From positions 2,792,001 to 2,856,000 of the forward strand of contig NC_058369.1 in NCBI RefSeq assembly GCF_018350175.1: a stretch of DNA of 64,000 bases, given 5' to 3'. Source of the stretch: Felis catus (taxonomy: Eukaryota). A program made the position numbers and the translations under genes. Every line of letters starts with the position of its first letter. Within the stretch, counting starts at the first letter, position 1. The notes under the pieces were generated by a model, which had not been told where the DNA came from, did not search any database, and saw only the letters and a list, made by a program, of their open reading frames with translations. Of this stretch, positions 21,537-34,420 are shown piece after piece.

Positions 21537-21960
21537 GGGGCGCCTGGGCCGCTCAGCCAGCTGAGCAGCTCTTTTTTCTTTTTTTTAACATTTATTTATT
21601 TTTGAGAGACAGAGAGAGACAGCGTGAGCAGGGGAGGGGCAGAGAGAGAGAGAGGGAGACACAGAATCCGAAGCAGGCTCCAGGCTCCGAGCCGTCAGCC
21701 CAGAGCCCGACGCGGGGCTCAAACCCACGAACCGGGACATCACGACCGGAGCCAAAGTCATCCGCTTCACCGACTGAGCCACCCAGGCGCCCCACGGCGG
21801 CCGACTCTTGGTTTTGGCTCAGGTCATGATCTCGTGGGTTTGTGGGTTCGAGCCCCATGTGGGGCGGGGATTTCTCTCTCTCTCCCTCTCCCTCTGCCCC
21901 TCCCTGGCTCGTACACTCACTGTCGCTCTCAAAATAAACAAACAAACGTGAAAAAAAATT
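21537..21960 (+). mobile_element. Older CAN-SINE interrupted by a second, antisense SINE
   Basis: Head at 21537-21570; body resumes near 21796 (ccgactcttggttttggctcaggtcatgatctc) and runs to the A tail. Confidence 0.8.
21572..21793 (-). mobile_element. CAN-SINE nested inside another SINE
   Basis: Complete antisense copy, from T tail to cccaggcgcccc. Confidence 0.92.
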
Positions 21961-22363
21961 TTTTTCAAGAGAAGAACTAAACACAGCAGAGCAGGCGGCC
22001 GGCAGCTAACCCGAGGTCACGGCGCTCCCAGCCGAGGAGAACGGGAGTCTGGGAGTCTCTGCCCTCTGCGCCCACCCCCTGCACCTTATACGCCTGCCTC
22101 GCCTGGTTCCACGCTTGGGTGAGTTTTTATCTCTTCGGTAGCTGGCCCTTTCCAATCAGCAGACACGGGCAAGATCCCCGTCCTCCAGGGGTGCTACAAG
22201 CCCAGAGCAGGGAGGGGAAGTGGGGAAGGGGTGGACGGGGGCATGGGGGGCGGGGAGTATGTGAACTAAACCCAGCAGAAGGTCAATGGGGGGATCCAAG
22301 CAGTACGAAGTGAGCTTCCACCATCCGCTACTTTCAACTTTTCAGTACGGTTGAAAATTTTGC

Positions 22364-22541
22364 TTTTTAACCTCTGTTTATTTTGAGAGAGGTGGGGGAG
22401 GGGCAGAGAGAGAGAGAGAGGGGGAGAGGGAGGGAGGGGGAATCCCAAGCAGGCTCCCCTCTGTCAGCGCAGAGCCTGACGTGGGGCTCCAACAAAACCA
22501 AAGGTCTGACCCTCCACACGCTGAGCCCCCCCAGGCGCCCC
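22364..22541 (-). mobile_element. CAN-SINE with target-site duplication (TSD)
   Basis: TSD cggttga(a/c)aatttt on both flanks. Confidence 0.88.
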
Positions 22542-23445
22542 TCGGTTGACAATTTTCTGAATGCAGGTTAAAGGTCAACCTGGCCCTGTGCTGCCGGGTG
22601 TTTTCAGGCTTTGGAGAAGCTCGCGTTGGGGGGTGGATTGGCCCCAGGAGTGGGCGTGGGTCTCACACACACTCGCTCAACACACCTTTGCGGCCGGCAA
22701 GGTCCCACCTCGGGGCCTTAGCCGCCACCATCACCGTGCCCGCGGCCTCGAAGGCTCCCTCCCTGCATCTCCACGCGGCCGCGGCGGGCACTCAGATGGT
22801 CTCGGCCTGAACATCGCCTCCTGGAGGGTCCACCCCTGACGCGCTGCCTAGAGCAGTCCCTTCCCACCCCACCCCTGCCCACCCTCTACCACGCCCCCGG
22901 CTCACTGATTTCGGGCCACACGTCACCGAAGGGACCTGTCCCTTCCCAGTAGAGCAGAGGCCACAGCGGGCTTGCCAGCGCTGCGTCCAGTCCCGGCACG
23001 TGGGAAGCTCATCCCGGCTCTCACCCCGACAGCCGACAGCCAGGGGGACAAAAGTCCCCGTCGCGCCAGGAACCATCGGGGCCTCAGCAGGGGCAGGACT
23101 CAGGCAAAGGCTGAAACTTCAAACTAGGGGGCAAGTCTCAAACGAAGGCTTCGGGACTAAGAAAGCCCCTTTCTGCCTCGCGGATAGTTTTTTCCTCTCA
23201 CGATTTTGCGCTTACCACCCCGAACCACCCAGAAGGGTGAATTGGTGGCAGGTAAGGAATTACAGATTGTCCTGATTCCCAGCTTCCCAAAGAGCATTCT
23301 GTCCACCACTCGCTCCCTCACGCGTTCCAAACTCTGGGAGCATTCCCTGCGTGCTGGGCCCCGTTTCTGGGGACGAACTGGTTCTTTGTCTAAATAGATT
23401 TAGGGACAAAAGATCCGAGGCGCCCAGAAAAGACGCCAACGCATC

Positions 23446-23632
23446 GGCCGCCTGGGCGGCTCAGTCTCGGCCGAGGGTCCCACTCTCGGTTCCGGTGCAG
23501 GTCATGATCTCCAGGTTCGTGGGTTCAAATCCCGGGTAGGGCTCTGTGCTGACAGCCTGCTCGGGATCCTCTCTCTGCCGCCCCCTGCTGCTCTGTCTTT
23601 ATTTTTAATGTGTAAAAATGAACATTAAAAAA
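23446..23632 (+). mobile_element. Degenerate CAN-SINE
   Basis: gcctgggcggctcagtc..caggtcatgatctc..gggttcaaatccc..gggctctgtgctgacagc, A-rich tail. Confidence 0.8.
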
Positions 23633-24598
23633 TAACAAAATATTTCGTGATAAAAATAGCTTAGCCGTACTCTCCTGTCTACTTCTGTCTTCTCTTCGCA
23701 GCTCCCCGTACTAAACAGCTACAGGCGCGCACACGCCCCAGCGCTGGGCGGGCGCCCCGGAAGCCACACCCCCCACCCCCTAACACTCCCGGGAGACGGC
23801 CGCCACTGGACCCACTTTGCAGCCGGGGAGACTGAGGCCCAGAGGTCTCAGAGGCAAGTTCAAGGTAGCTCAGCGGCAGGGGCTCCCGAGTCTCTGCAGA
23901 CGCGCTCTGCCCGCAAGGGCTGGCGGTCGGTCTGCTCCAGGCAGCCCAAGCCGGCCCGCCCTCGCGGCGACCAGAAGCTTCCTCCCCTTGGGTGGCTCTC
24001 CCTGACCCCGCGGGCAGAGCGGCTGCTCCCACGCACCTGGCCCGGTGGCCCGCGGCCGTCCGGTCACCTGTGTGAGCCCCACCCCCACGCGGGTCCCTGG
24101 GCCCAAGGGCAGAGCCCCCGCCGGCCCAGAAGCAGAGCTCCACACGACGCTTACTCCCACACTGCCCTAGGCGCGGGCGCTCCCGGCCGGGGGCTCTCTC
24201 CACCGGCGCCAGCTTCTGTCTGGTCCCCAGCCCTCGGGGGACGCTCTGCCCGAGGTCGCCCACACCATCAGAGGCGCAGAGGGCGACAGCTCGTCTTCCA
24301 CAGATTCGGACGCTGGGGCCCCGGGCTCGCCATCCCCAGACCCGGCGCCCCCGCGGTCGCCTGCCCGCGCCCACTCCCCAGCCTGTGGGCTGCTGTCTGG
24401 TCCTCCACCGTTCGGGCTCCTTCAGGCCCTGGGCCACCTCGCGGAGCCTGTCCCGGGGCCTAGTGGTTGTGGGTGTGGCCTCTCCTGGCAGCCTCTCCCT
24501 CGGAAACCCACGGAAACCCACGCCACAGCGCCGCCTTCAGGGGTCTCCTGGCTCCTCCCAGAGCCCCGCAGGGCAGGCCACTTCTCCCTGTGTCCCTC

Positions 24599-24629
<31 letters not shown>

Positions 24630-24958
24630 GCACCAGCTCCCAGGCACGGGGCATCAGCTGAGAAACCCTGGAGGGCTGCGTGGAGGAAGCTGAGAGCAAG
24701 CACAGGCGGGAGCCCCGGGGGAAGAGCGAGGGGAATGTGGCTCTCACAGGTTCCCTGAGCTGGACATCTGCTGCAGGGCGGAAGGCCCAGCAAGGCCACG
24801 GGCCCTTGGGGCTTCCCCCCTGGCCTATCCTATGCCTCTCGTCTCTCTTCTTCAGAGGGGGAAACTGAGGCTCAAAGAGGTGGTGTTAGGATGTTTTGTG
24901 TTGAGACAGAAGCCTAACTCACACAGTATGTGGAGAGGGATTATTTGTTAACACAACT

Positions 24959-25386
24959 CAGGGGCCAGTAAACTGTGCCCTGCCGACCAGACCCGCCTGC
25001 CGTCTGTTTTTTTTTTTTCTTTTTTTTTTTTTCAACGTTTATTTATTTTTGGGACAGAGAGAGACAGAGCATGAACGGGGGAGGGGCAGAGAGAGAGGGA
25101 GACACAGAATCGGAAACAGGCTCCAGGCTCTGAGCCGTCAGCACAGAGCCCGACGTGGGGCTCGAACTCACGGACCGCGAGATCGTGACCTGGCTGAAGT
25201 CGGACGCTTAACCGACTGCGCCACCCAGGCGCCCCTGCCGTCTGTTTTGTACGTAAAGTTTTATCGGCACAAAGCCACACCCACTCATTTACCAATCTCT
25301 GCCGTGGCTTTTGTGCTCCCGCGGCAGAATCAACGCTTAAGAGAGAGACCACTCGGCCCTTCGCGGGAGGAGCCTGCTGAGCCCCG
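24959..25386 (-). mobile_element. MER58A-like DNA element interrupted by a SINE
   Basis: gtaaagttttatcggcacaaagccacacccactcattta matches the reverse complement of the recalled MER58A. Confidence 0.65.
25011..25235 (-). mobile_element. Young full-length SINEC_Fc with perfect TSD
   Basis: TSD tgccgtctgtttt at 24998-25010 and 25236-25248; long T tract; CpGs retained. Confidence 0.95.
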
Positions 25387-26479
25387 ACCTAACTGAAGAT
25401 GAGCTTCAAGTCTGGCGGCACCTGGGGGCCCTGAGGACTCGGTCTCCCCACCGGCCAGTGCTGCTGTCCTCCCTGCGGGGCCGCCCCCACCCCCAAGTAG
25501 GCGTCTGACTGTCCTGCAGGTCACGTGCCGAGGCCTGGGTCCCCACCCCGGAGCCAGCGGCACCCTGCCGAGGTGTGGGGGATCGGGGCTCCTCGAGGGG
25601 GACACCGGGAGACCGACGCTGGACCCTCAACCACAGACCTCCACTCGGGAAGGGCCAGCCGATGGGCGAGATCCGCGGACGGAAGGGCAGCCGCGGAGAG
25701 AGCCTCCCCCCACCTCCCCCCACCCACCAGCAGGTGCCCAATGGAGGATCACGCGCTGTCTCAGGACCAACGTGTGAGGTTTCTTGGCCCAGTTTTCTTC
25801 CCAGATATATTTTTACTCCCCGGAAGCCAGGGCTGGGCTGCAGATTCTGCACCTGAATTCTAAAATACCAAGAGCCACTGAGGCAGCCCAGGGCTGCTCG
25901 GCCAGAGGCCCCCTTGGCCTCCAGGCTAGAGGCCTCTTGCTCCCGTCACTCGCGGCAGGTGCCCACCGACCAGGAGACAGGCGGACGGTGGGAAGCCAGG
26001 CCGGGCACTCTCGCGAATGCCAGTAATTCCCTCCCCAGTGGGGGCCAGCCTCCCCGACAGGGCAGGTCTGGGCGTCCAGAATCCCAGGGGGCCGGAGCCG
26101 GCTCTGTCTGGCACAGAGGCCGAGCCAGGCGGGCACCAGGCCCCCGACGCCCGGCCGGGCTCCGGGATTGCCACCGGACCTCCCGCACCTCGAGGGTCAC
26201 TCTGCATGAGGCCCGCGAGGGCCACGACTGCCCCATTCTACGGGTGACAGAGGGAGGCTCTGAAGCCACGCGAGCTGCCCGCTGGGCGGCCAGCCTTCAG
26301 GATGGCCCCCGGCCGGCCTGGTCCCCGGGTATCCACAGCTCCTGCCACGGCCGGTGGGCGTGACCGGCGGGGTACGGCCGAAGTGCGGGCCCGCGACCTC
26401 TGACCAGGTCAGACGCAGCCGCCTTCGCTCGCTCTCGGGCCGCTCAGCCGGGGAGACGCGGCCGCCGAGCGGCGAGGAC

Positions 26480-26740
26480 ACGCAAGTGGCCCTGGGAACG
26501 GAGGCCGTCTGCCGGCAGCCACCTGAGACAACAGCTCGGGACCGGCTCCTCCAGCCCCGGTCGAGCCCTCGGATGGGGCAGGAGGCTGGGGTGCGACCTC
26601 GTCAGAGACCCTGTGCCAGAACCGCCCCGCCCAGCCACCCTTGGACTCCTGACCCACAGACACCGGGAGGTGATAAGTGTGCGCTGCTGTTTAAAGCTGC
26701 CACATTTCGGGGTCTGTGTTCACAGCAACAGCTGTGACAC
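26480..26740 (+). mobile_element. MLT1-type (ERVL-MaLR) LTR remnant
   Basis: tcctgacccacaga...gataa..tgctgtttaaagctgc..tttcgggg..tgttcacagcaa MLT1 3' end pattern. Confidence 0.55.
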
Positions 26741-28164
26741 ACTGGGGGTTCCCACGTGGCCCCTGAGAGTACAGAGAAGGACAGCGGGTGGGGGGCGTCT
26801 AGACGGATGGCCTCCCTGCCCTCCCCTCCCCCTCACTCCCCTCGCCTCCCCTCACTCCCTGCACTCCTGCCACGCGACCTCCTTGCCGTTCCTCACATGC
26901 ACCAGGCACAGTCCCGCCCCAGGGCCCTTGCACTCGCTTCTCTACCTAGCATACTCTTCCCCATTTCACCGTTCAGGCCTGGATCGTCTCCTCCTCAGCG
27001 AGACCTTCCTGCACACCTGGCTGATGCCGGCTCCCTGACCCGTTCTCCACCTCCATCATAACTCCTACCCCTGGTCAGTTTAAACCTCCTATTTAATCTG
27101 TGGGCCCTCCAGTGACTGCGCCCTTCGAGGCCAGGAGCCCCGTGAGGGCAGCACTCGCTACAGCCCAGGGAGGCACGTGCCCACACTTCGCACCGGGACC
27201 CGCTCCCTCCTCCCTGGTGGTGACCGCGGGAGTCACGACAAGGTCTGGGGCCAGGGCACTAGGGGCTTGGCTCAGGAGGCAGGTGTTGGAGGAGGAGGCT
27301 CGGGGCACGGCCTGCTTAGTGTCTCTAACCACTGAGCCACCGACTCCAACACCCCAGTGGCCCCAGCCAACAAGGAGCTGAGGCCCGCTGGGTCTGAACC
27401 ACCCCACCCGAGGCACCCAGCAGCCCGGTGAGGTGGGTGCCACGGCCCCGAGAAGCCAGGTCACCTGCCTGAGGTTCCCCGGGAAAAAGTGGGCACGGAT
27501 GCACGTGATTCCGGGTGGCCGGGCTCCAGCCTGAGCCACAGGCACACGCGTGGAAGGGGACAGGAAGAGCCAGCCATGCTCGAGGGGGCAGGGCCTCCCA
27601 GGACGAAGGAAGGAAGAGCCGGTACAAAGGCCCGGGGGCAGGGCTGTGCCCGCAGAGTTGGGGGGAATCAGCAGAGGCCCAAGTGGCTGGAACAGAGTGA
27701 GGAGAGTGCAGAGACGTGACGGACCTTGCTGCTCCTGTCACCCTGGGGACCCACACGTGGCTGGTGAACCTCAGGGTCCGTGTCCAGGCCTTCCCAGCCT
27801 GGCGGCTTCCTGGAGGCAAGCCTGCGATCCATCTTGGCCCCTGCTACGACTGGAGGCCAGGCCAGGGCTGGAGGCTGATCTGGGGGCTGAACGAATACCC
27901 ACGCCACCCCCGCTGCTCCCGTCACCGGGGCAAAGGCCTCGCCCACCTGGTTCTGGCCTCTGCCTGGGCTCCCTCTGGGCTCCACCCGCTATGGGCTTCC
28001 CTCCGAGCCCGGCATACAGTGAGCGCTCAATAATGAGCTGGGTGACTAGCGCGTGTATAATGGGGTATCGAACAGCGTGTGAGACAACACGCTGGCTCTG
28101 AAGTCAGGAAGTAAGAGCCAAGCCAAGCTTAATGCATTAAAATGGAAAATGCGGGAAAGTGCGG

Positions 28165-28380
28165 GGGGTGCCTGGGTGGGTCGGGCGAAGCGTCATCTGA
28201 CTTTGGCTCAGGTCGTGGTCTCCTGGTCTGTGAGTTTGAGCCCCACATCGGGGTCACTGCTGTCAGCACAGAGCCCGGAGCCTCCTTCGGATCCTCTGTC
28301 CCCCCCTCTGCCCCTCCCCCACTCGCACACACGCGCTCTCTCTCCCTCTCTCTCAAAAATAAACAAACGTTTAAAAAAAT
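28165..28380 (+). mobile_element. CAN-SINE
   Basis: Head, B-box, (CT)n and aaaaataaacaaacgtttaaaaaaa tail. Confidence 0.88.
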
Positions 28381-28384
28381 GTAA

Positions 28385-29530
28385 AATGCAGAACAGAGTT
28401 GGAAGATTCACGTTTCCCCATTTCAAAATGGGCTCCAAAACCTCGGTGATCAAGGCAATGTGGTCCGGGCGCAGACAGACGGGGACGCTCGTCTGGACGC
28501 CCCGGAATGGTCCAGGATACATCGGTGGGAATCCAGAACCAAACATGCACATTCCCGGCCGGCTGATTTCGACGAGCACCCAGACGACTCAGTGTCGACC
28601 GGCGGCTCTGGGACAACCGGGTTTCCACGCACGAGGAGTGACGTCGGGCCCTACCTCACACCGTATGCACTGGGAACACGAGACGCGGCAGAAATCTAAG
28701 CCCACGGAACGGATGGAACCATAAAGCTCTGGGAAGAAAAGTAAATCATTGCGTTGAGTCAGGCCGTGGTTTCTTGGACGTGACCGCTTTAGTCCAAGCC
28801 ACCAAAGGAAACATGAGCTGGACTTCCTCAAAATGAAAACGTCTGCCCTGCAGGGCGCCCGGCCAGCTCAAGTCAGCGCAGTGTGCGACTCTGGATCTCG
28901 GGGTTGTGAGCTCGAGCCCCGTGTGGGGCACAGAGATCACTAAAAAAATAAACTTGAAATAACGTTTGCACTTCAAAGGCCACCACCAAGAAAGCGGGGA
29001 GGCAACCGACAGAATGGGAGAAGGTATCTGCCAATCAGAGGTCTGATGAGGGAACTGTATCTAGCATATATAAAGAGCGCTTACAATTCAACAATAAAAT
29101 GAACCCAAACGGAAAATGAGCAAGGGATCTCAACACCCACTTCTCCGCAGGAGGACGTACAGATGGCCAGCAAGCCCAGGAACACATGCTCCGCGTCACT
29201 GATCATCAGGAAACACAAATCAAAACCCCAGCAAGACACCACTTCACGCCCACGAGGACGGCTAGAATCAAGCAGACACACGGTGACAAGTGACGTCCAG
29301 GACGTGGAGAAGTCAGAACCCTCACACACGGCTGGTGGGACTGGAGAGTGCGGCCGTCATCCATACGTCATGGACACTGCCCGTAACCAAAAGCGGGAAC
29401 AACCCAGATGTCCGTCAACAGATGATCGCCATCCACTTCACGGAACGTCACTCGGCCCTGAACGGGAGCGAGTCGCCGACACGCACTGCCCCACGGACGG
29501 GCCCTGAACACAGGACCCAGCGAGGGAAAC
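28385..29530 (+). mobile_element. Old L1M LINE fragment (ORF2 3' end into 3'UTR), strongly GC-shifted, non-coding
   Basis: gacagaatgggagaa..atctg..tatataaagagc..ttacaattcaacaataaaa..atggcca..caaatcaaaacc..cacttcac..gacgtggagaa..gaaccctcacacacggctggtggga collinear with the recalled L1 consensus. Confidence 0.85.
28853..28959 (+). mobile_element. Short tRNA-derived carnivore SINE inserted in the L1
   Basis: tRNA-like head with gagctcgagcccc B-box followed directly by an A-rich tail. Confidence 0.7.
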
Positions 29531-30989
29531 CAAGGGTGAGGGCATCCTAAGGCGGAGAGAGCACATGCCTGCCAAGGCCCTGTGGGAACAGGACAGGATG
29601 CTTTGGGGGAACAGAAAGCCAGGGTCTGGGGTGGCTGGAGGGGAAGGTGCGCCTGGGGGAGCTGAGAATGGAGGCGGGGGTGGGGGCGGTCTCGAGGGGG
29701 GGGCAGAGCCCGGACCACCGGCCGACCCCTCCTCCCCCAGGCTGAGACCCACTCCCACGCGTTCTGCCCCCTCCTGCATCCCCGCCCGATCTCGATCTCA
29801 CTGCACGAAGCGAATGTTCCTGCAGTGGTAAACAGGAAGCCTTGCAAAGGATGGGGGGAGGGTGGCCATGAATCCAGAACCCGGCAGGCCTTAGGCCGGC
29901 GGACGGCTTTCCAAAGCTCCGGCTCGCAAAAGAAAGAGAAAGAAGGTTCCAGAACTTTCACCACTCTTGCCACAAACACGGCGGTGCACACGGCCATGCC
30001 AGGCACAGGCCTCCCACCAAAGTCCAGGCCGGAGGCCTGAGGGGACCAGGTGGGCTTCCCGAGGGAGCCGAGAGCGGGGGCGAGGCTCACTCACAGCTGC
30101 TCAGGCAGAAGGTTCCGGTGCTGGGGTCGGGCCCGGGAGACCAGCTGCTCCCAGGTCTCCAAGTGAGATCCCGGATCCTAGCGAGGGATCAAAGACCGCC
30201 ATCCGGGGCAACTCTGGACGCACCGGCACAACGCGGGTCCTGACTGTGGACTCTGCACGGATGTTACACTTCCTGAACCTGATCTCTGCACTTGGCGGAG
30301 GGGCGTCTGTCCGCAGGGTACAGAGCTGCTCACCATTCCGACTGCGCATCTGCAGACCCACCCCCGGCTACCGCAGCCCCCGATCGGTACTCGGGAGCCC
30401 TTCCCGGCCACCTGGAGACGCACGCGGGGCACCGAAAACTGTCACCTCCCGTGCACGCGTCCAGCCGAGCGTAGCCTGCTTCCTGTCTCCCCCCTTGTGC
30501 TGTAGACGGGGGCCCTTTCTGTGGGCTACCGAGAGGCGGGTTTTACGTTTTGTGCCGTTTGGTGGTGGTTTTCACCGTTCACAACGGCCCCCAGGCTCAG
30601 AGCCGCGGTGGTCGGGCGTTCCTGAGCCCAGAGGACGGCGACGCGCCTTAGAAAGTGTGTTAGACACGCTTCCACCCGGCAGGAGTTGGCGCTGCTCGTC
30701 ACGAGGTCGCTGCTAACGACGCAACAGTATGTATCTGACAAGGGTCTTTACGCAGAGGCACACACGGCGTGAGGTTGCACACGGACGTGATCTGGCGATG
30801 GAAACGTGGGGACCAGAGGCTCGCGGGGACCTGCGTGTTTCCCAGGAGCCGCACCTCAGTATTCCCAAACTCCACAGAACTGCGAATAATGAGAACCCAC
30901 CTCTGTACTTGAGGACGAAGGGGCTTCCAACGGACTCTCAAAGGACCCGCAAAATCGCACACAGGCGATAACACCCATTCAGAGAGACG

Positions 30990-31105
30990 TGTCGGCAGCT
31001 GGCGAATCTCAGCTAAGAGCCTCGGGGTGTTTGCCGCAGTATCTCGCAACTTTTTCTGCAGCCTTGAACGTTTTCAAAATACGACGTTAAAAAAAAAAAA
31101 AAATT
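30990..31105 (+). mobile_element. L1ME-type 3' terminus with poly(A)
   Basis: gcaactttttctg..ttgaa..ttttcaaaata..gttaaaaaaaa. Confidence 0.55.
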
Positions 31106-31269
31106 AAAGGTACGTGCGAATGCAGAAAACCACCTGGAATGACTGACGGTTGGTTACCTCCTCCTAGAAACAGAGAGGGCAAGACACAAGTCCTCCCTGC
31201 CTCCTGACCACAGGGCAGGCTGCTGCTTTTTAAAGGAAACGTGTTATTACTCGTAGTTACAGGCTCGCC

Positions 31270-32030
31270 TGCTGCAAGAAGACAGGCAGATGAGCGGGAC
31301 AGAATAGAAAGTCCAGAAATAGACCAGCCGCATGCAGGAATCTGGGATGTAATAAAGGGGGCATCTCAAATCGGTGAGGGAAGCAGATTTTCCACAAACC
31401 GTTGGGGCAACCCCGCGCCCCCTGGAAAACCGTGGAACCATGAAATCCTCATACACCGTACGCGGGGGTACATCCCAAATAGAGCAGGACTTTAAATGCT
31501 TAGAAAAAGGCGAAACCGCCTTAGTACTAGAAGAATTAGAACCTCGGGACGGAGAACACATTTCCACCCGTGACATCAAACTGAGAAACCGTCAAGGGGA
31601 GATGGATAAACTTGACCACATAAATACAAAGATACCTGCCCGATATCAACTATCATCATGAGAGAAAACGGGGAAGGACTACTTACGCCTGTGTCACGAA
31701 TTTAAAAAAAAAACACCAAAAAACTTTCACGATATATAAAGAGCTCCCACAAATCAATAAGAAAAAGACTGGTAGCCCAATCGAATACGGGAAAGACGCA
31801 GCTCCGTGGTTCCCATCAAACAGAGAGAGTTCCGAGATGTGCGTTATTAAACGTGGCAAAAGGGGTGGGCGATGAAAAGCGGTCTGGCCCAAGCGCACCC
31901 CAGAGCGTCCTTCATACACAAATGCCCCAACAGCACCCCGCTCCTTAAACCTTCAGCGGCAACCCCACGCATCCAGAACAAAGGCCAAGAAACGTGTGCG
32001 TGGCACACGTACGAGACAGAAAGCAGTTGT
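31270..32030 (+). mobile_element. Old L1 (L1ME-like) fragment
   Basis: cagaatagaaagtccagaaatagac..., tatataaagagctcccacaaatcaataagaaaaagac. Confidence 0.7.
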
Positions 32031-33047
32031 GACAAAACACCGGGGGTTCCTTTTTCCAACGAAGTCACAGGCTAGGCCCCCAAAAGGCCTTCGCTCACCC
32101 TGGCTCAAGCACTTAGGGCGCCCTGGGCCGGACCCCCAGCCCTCCAGCGTGGCTCAGTGGGGCAGCAGGTGCAGGGCCCTGTGGCTAATCCGCAAGGTCA
32201 GTAATCCCCACGGTGGGCAGTCCGCGGCTCCAGGCCCTGCCGGCCAGCTGGCGGCAGCAGGCAATCCCCAGGGGGGTCTCAACCTGCCCGGTCACGAGTG
32301 GGGACACGTGTCACTCACAGCGGCAGGCGGTGCGAGCAGGAAGGCCCGGGAGCCCGAGACCCTCCTGGAGCCCGGGCCTCCCCGGCGATAAATGCCGATG
32401 TCGCGTAGCTGTCTGTCATTCAGTGAGCACCACCCCGGGGGCCTCGGGCCTCTCCCGATTCCTGTCCCCCGTGCCCTCATCTTGAGAGGAGCTGGGCGGG
32501 GGGGGGCAGGGACTTCACTTGCTCAGAGGCGCAGCTGTCTGCGGCCAAGGCGGCGTGAGACCCGGGCTTCCCCGCCCAGGGTCCGTGGGACTCCACCTGC
32601 CTTGCCCCCCCCCCCCACCAGCTCCAGGGCACAGACCAATCCCTTCTGGCTTCTTCGGCTCCCTCACCCCCCTCACCCCCCATGGCCTCCACCCAGGCTC
32701 CCAGCACAACTCAGCACCACTCATCTGACACCTGTCCCGGGAGGCTCCTTCCCGACCAACTAGCCAGAGTGCTGCGCCAGGGCCCCCCCAAGGCCCCACG
32801 TGACTGGCCTGGCCCATTTCGGCCCCCCCACGACAAGAACTTTGTTTCCGTGGCTCAAATGAGCCAAGCTCATTCCTACCTCAGGGCCTTTGCACAGGCC
32901 AATCCCTCTGCCCGCTAACCCATCTCCCGTGGCTGCTTTTCTCACTTGGGCCACTCCTCCCCGACCACCCCGGCTGCAGCTTGCCCCACACTGGACACCG
33001 GTCTCTTTCCCCTCCGCGTGCTCACCACTGACCAGCACGCACTCACT

Positions 33048-33243
33048 CAGGGGATGGCAGCATTTTCCACAAGGCGCAAGACCGCGGGCATTTCTGACTC
33101 TGCGGGCCATAAGGTTTGTAGCCCAAAAGCCATCACAGGCAGCGTGTGAGTGGGCGGGCACGGCTGTGTGCGAAGAAAGCCCGCCCGACAAAAACTGGTG
33201 CTGGGTGGGACTCGGCCCAGAAGGCAGTCTGCTGACGACCGGT
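33048..33243 (+). mobile_element. Diverged MER58-like element
   Basis: cagggg..gcagcattttc..ctgcgggccata..gggcacggctgtg..acaaaaactgg. Confidence 0.5.
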
Positions 33244-33899
33244 CCTCTCGGTTTGCTCGCCGGCCACCGTCATCCTGACCCCCGCCGATCTGAGAGCCCG
33301 CGAGAGCAGGGAGGGAGCCCCCGGCTCGCCGCACCTAGAGCCCACGGCAGGAGCTTGGACGATGTTTCATCAGCACCGTCCAAGGGCTGAGGAGTAAGTA
33401 AGCGACTGCTCGCGCTGGGTTCTGCGCGGGAGGGGCGTGCAGCACGGGGGCCTCTTCCACCCACGCACCCATCTGAGGAGGGAAAGTCCCCGCGCCCACA
33501 TGGCGTTGTCCACGCGCCTGGTGCCCCTCTAAGGGCTTACGAGTCAACCCGCTCGATTCAGCCCTAGGAGAAAGGTACAGTCATCGCACCCGCCTCACAG
33601 ATGGAGACGCTGAGGCCGGGTGTCCCTGGCTGGTAAAGGATGCAGCTGGGATGTGAACCAAGGGGTCTGGCTCCCAGGCCTCTCTCCACGGAGGGGACCG
33701 GACCGTCAGAGGTAAAAGCGTCACATCGCCAGGAAGCGTCCAGGGCAGAATTCCGACTGGGAGATTCCAGCCGACTCGCCACAAGGGGATAAGGGACCAC
33801 TCACCCACAACCGCAGAGGAGGCCTCTGGCGACAATGCCCCAGCCCAGCCCAGCCCTGTGGGCCCTGTGGGCCCTGTGGGCCGTCTTCTCTCTCTCCTT

Positions 33900-34420
33900 C
33901 AGGCCTCCCTCCGTCAGGGGAGGCTTCACTGAGGAGACATTTGAGCAAAACCTTGAAAAAACTAAGGAAGCAAACGACACAGATATAAAGGACAAACGTT
34001 CTAGACAGACGGCACAGCGTGTGCAAAGGCCCTGGGGCAGGGGCAGGACCAGGCCTAGGAGGAACAGCAAGGACCAGGCCCAGGTGGCTGGAGCAGAGTG
34101 GGCAAGGGGAAGACAAGGGGAGGGGAGGGAGGGGATGGGGCAGGTCGTGCAGGGCCTTGGGGGCCTCAGGGAGGACTTGGGCTTTTACCCCTAGGGAGGT
34201 GGGAGCCCTAAAGGGCTGTGGGCAGAGGCGAGCAGGACCTAAGTCAGTTTTTAACAGGAGCCTTCTGGAATGAGCTGTAGGGTGCATGGGAAGAGACGAG
34301 GGACCAAGCCAGTGACGGATGATGGGGCTACACCAGGACTGGCAGAGGAGGAAGAAGTAGGCAGATTCTGGGTCCATTTTGAGGACAAAACCAGCATAAT
34401 CTGCCACCAGATTAGATGTG
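33900..34420 (-). mobile_element. L2 remnant
   Basis: ggcttcactgaggagacatttgagc..gtgcaaaggccctggggcagg..ggctggagcagagtg. Confidence 0.75.
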
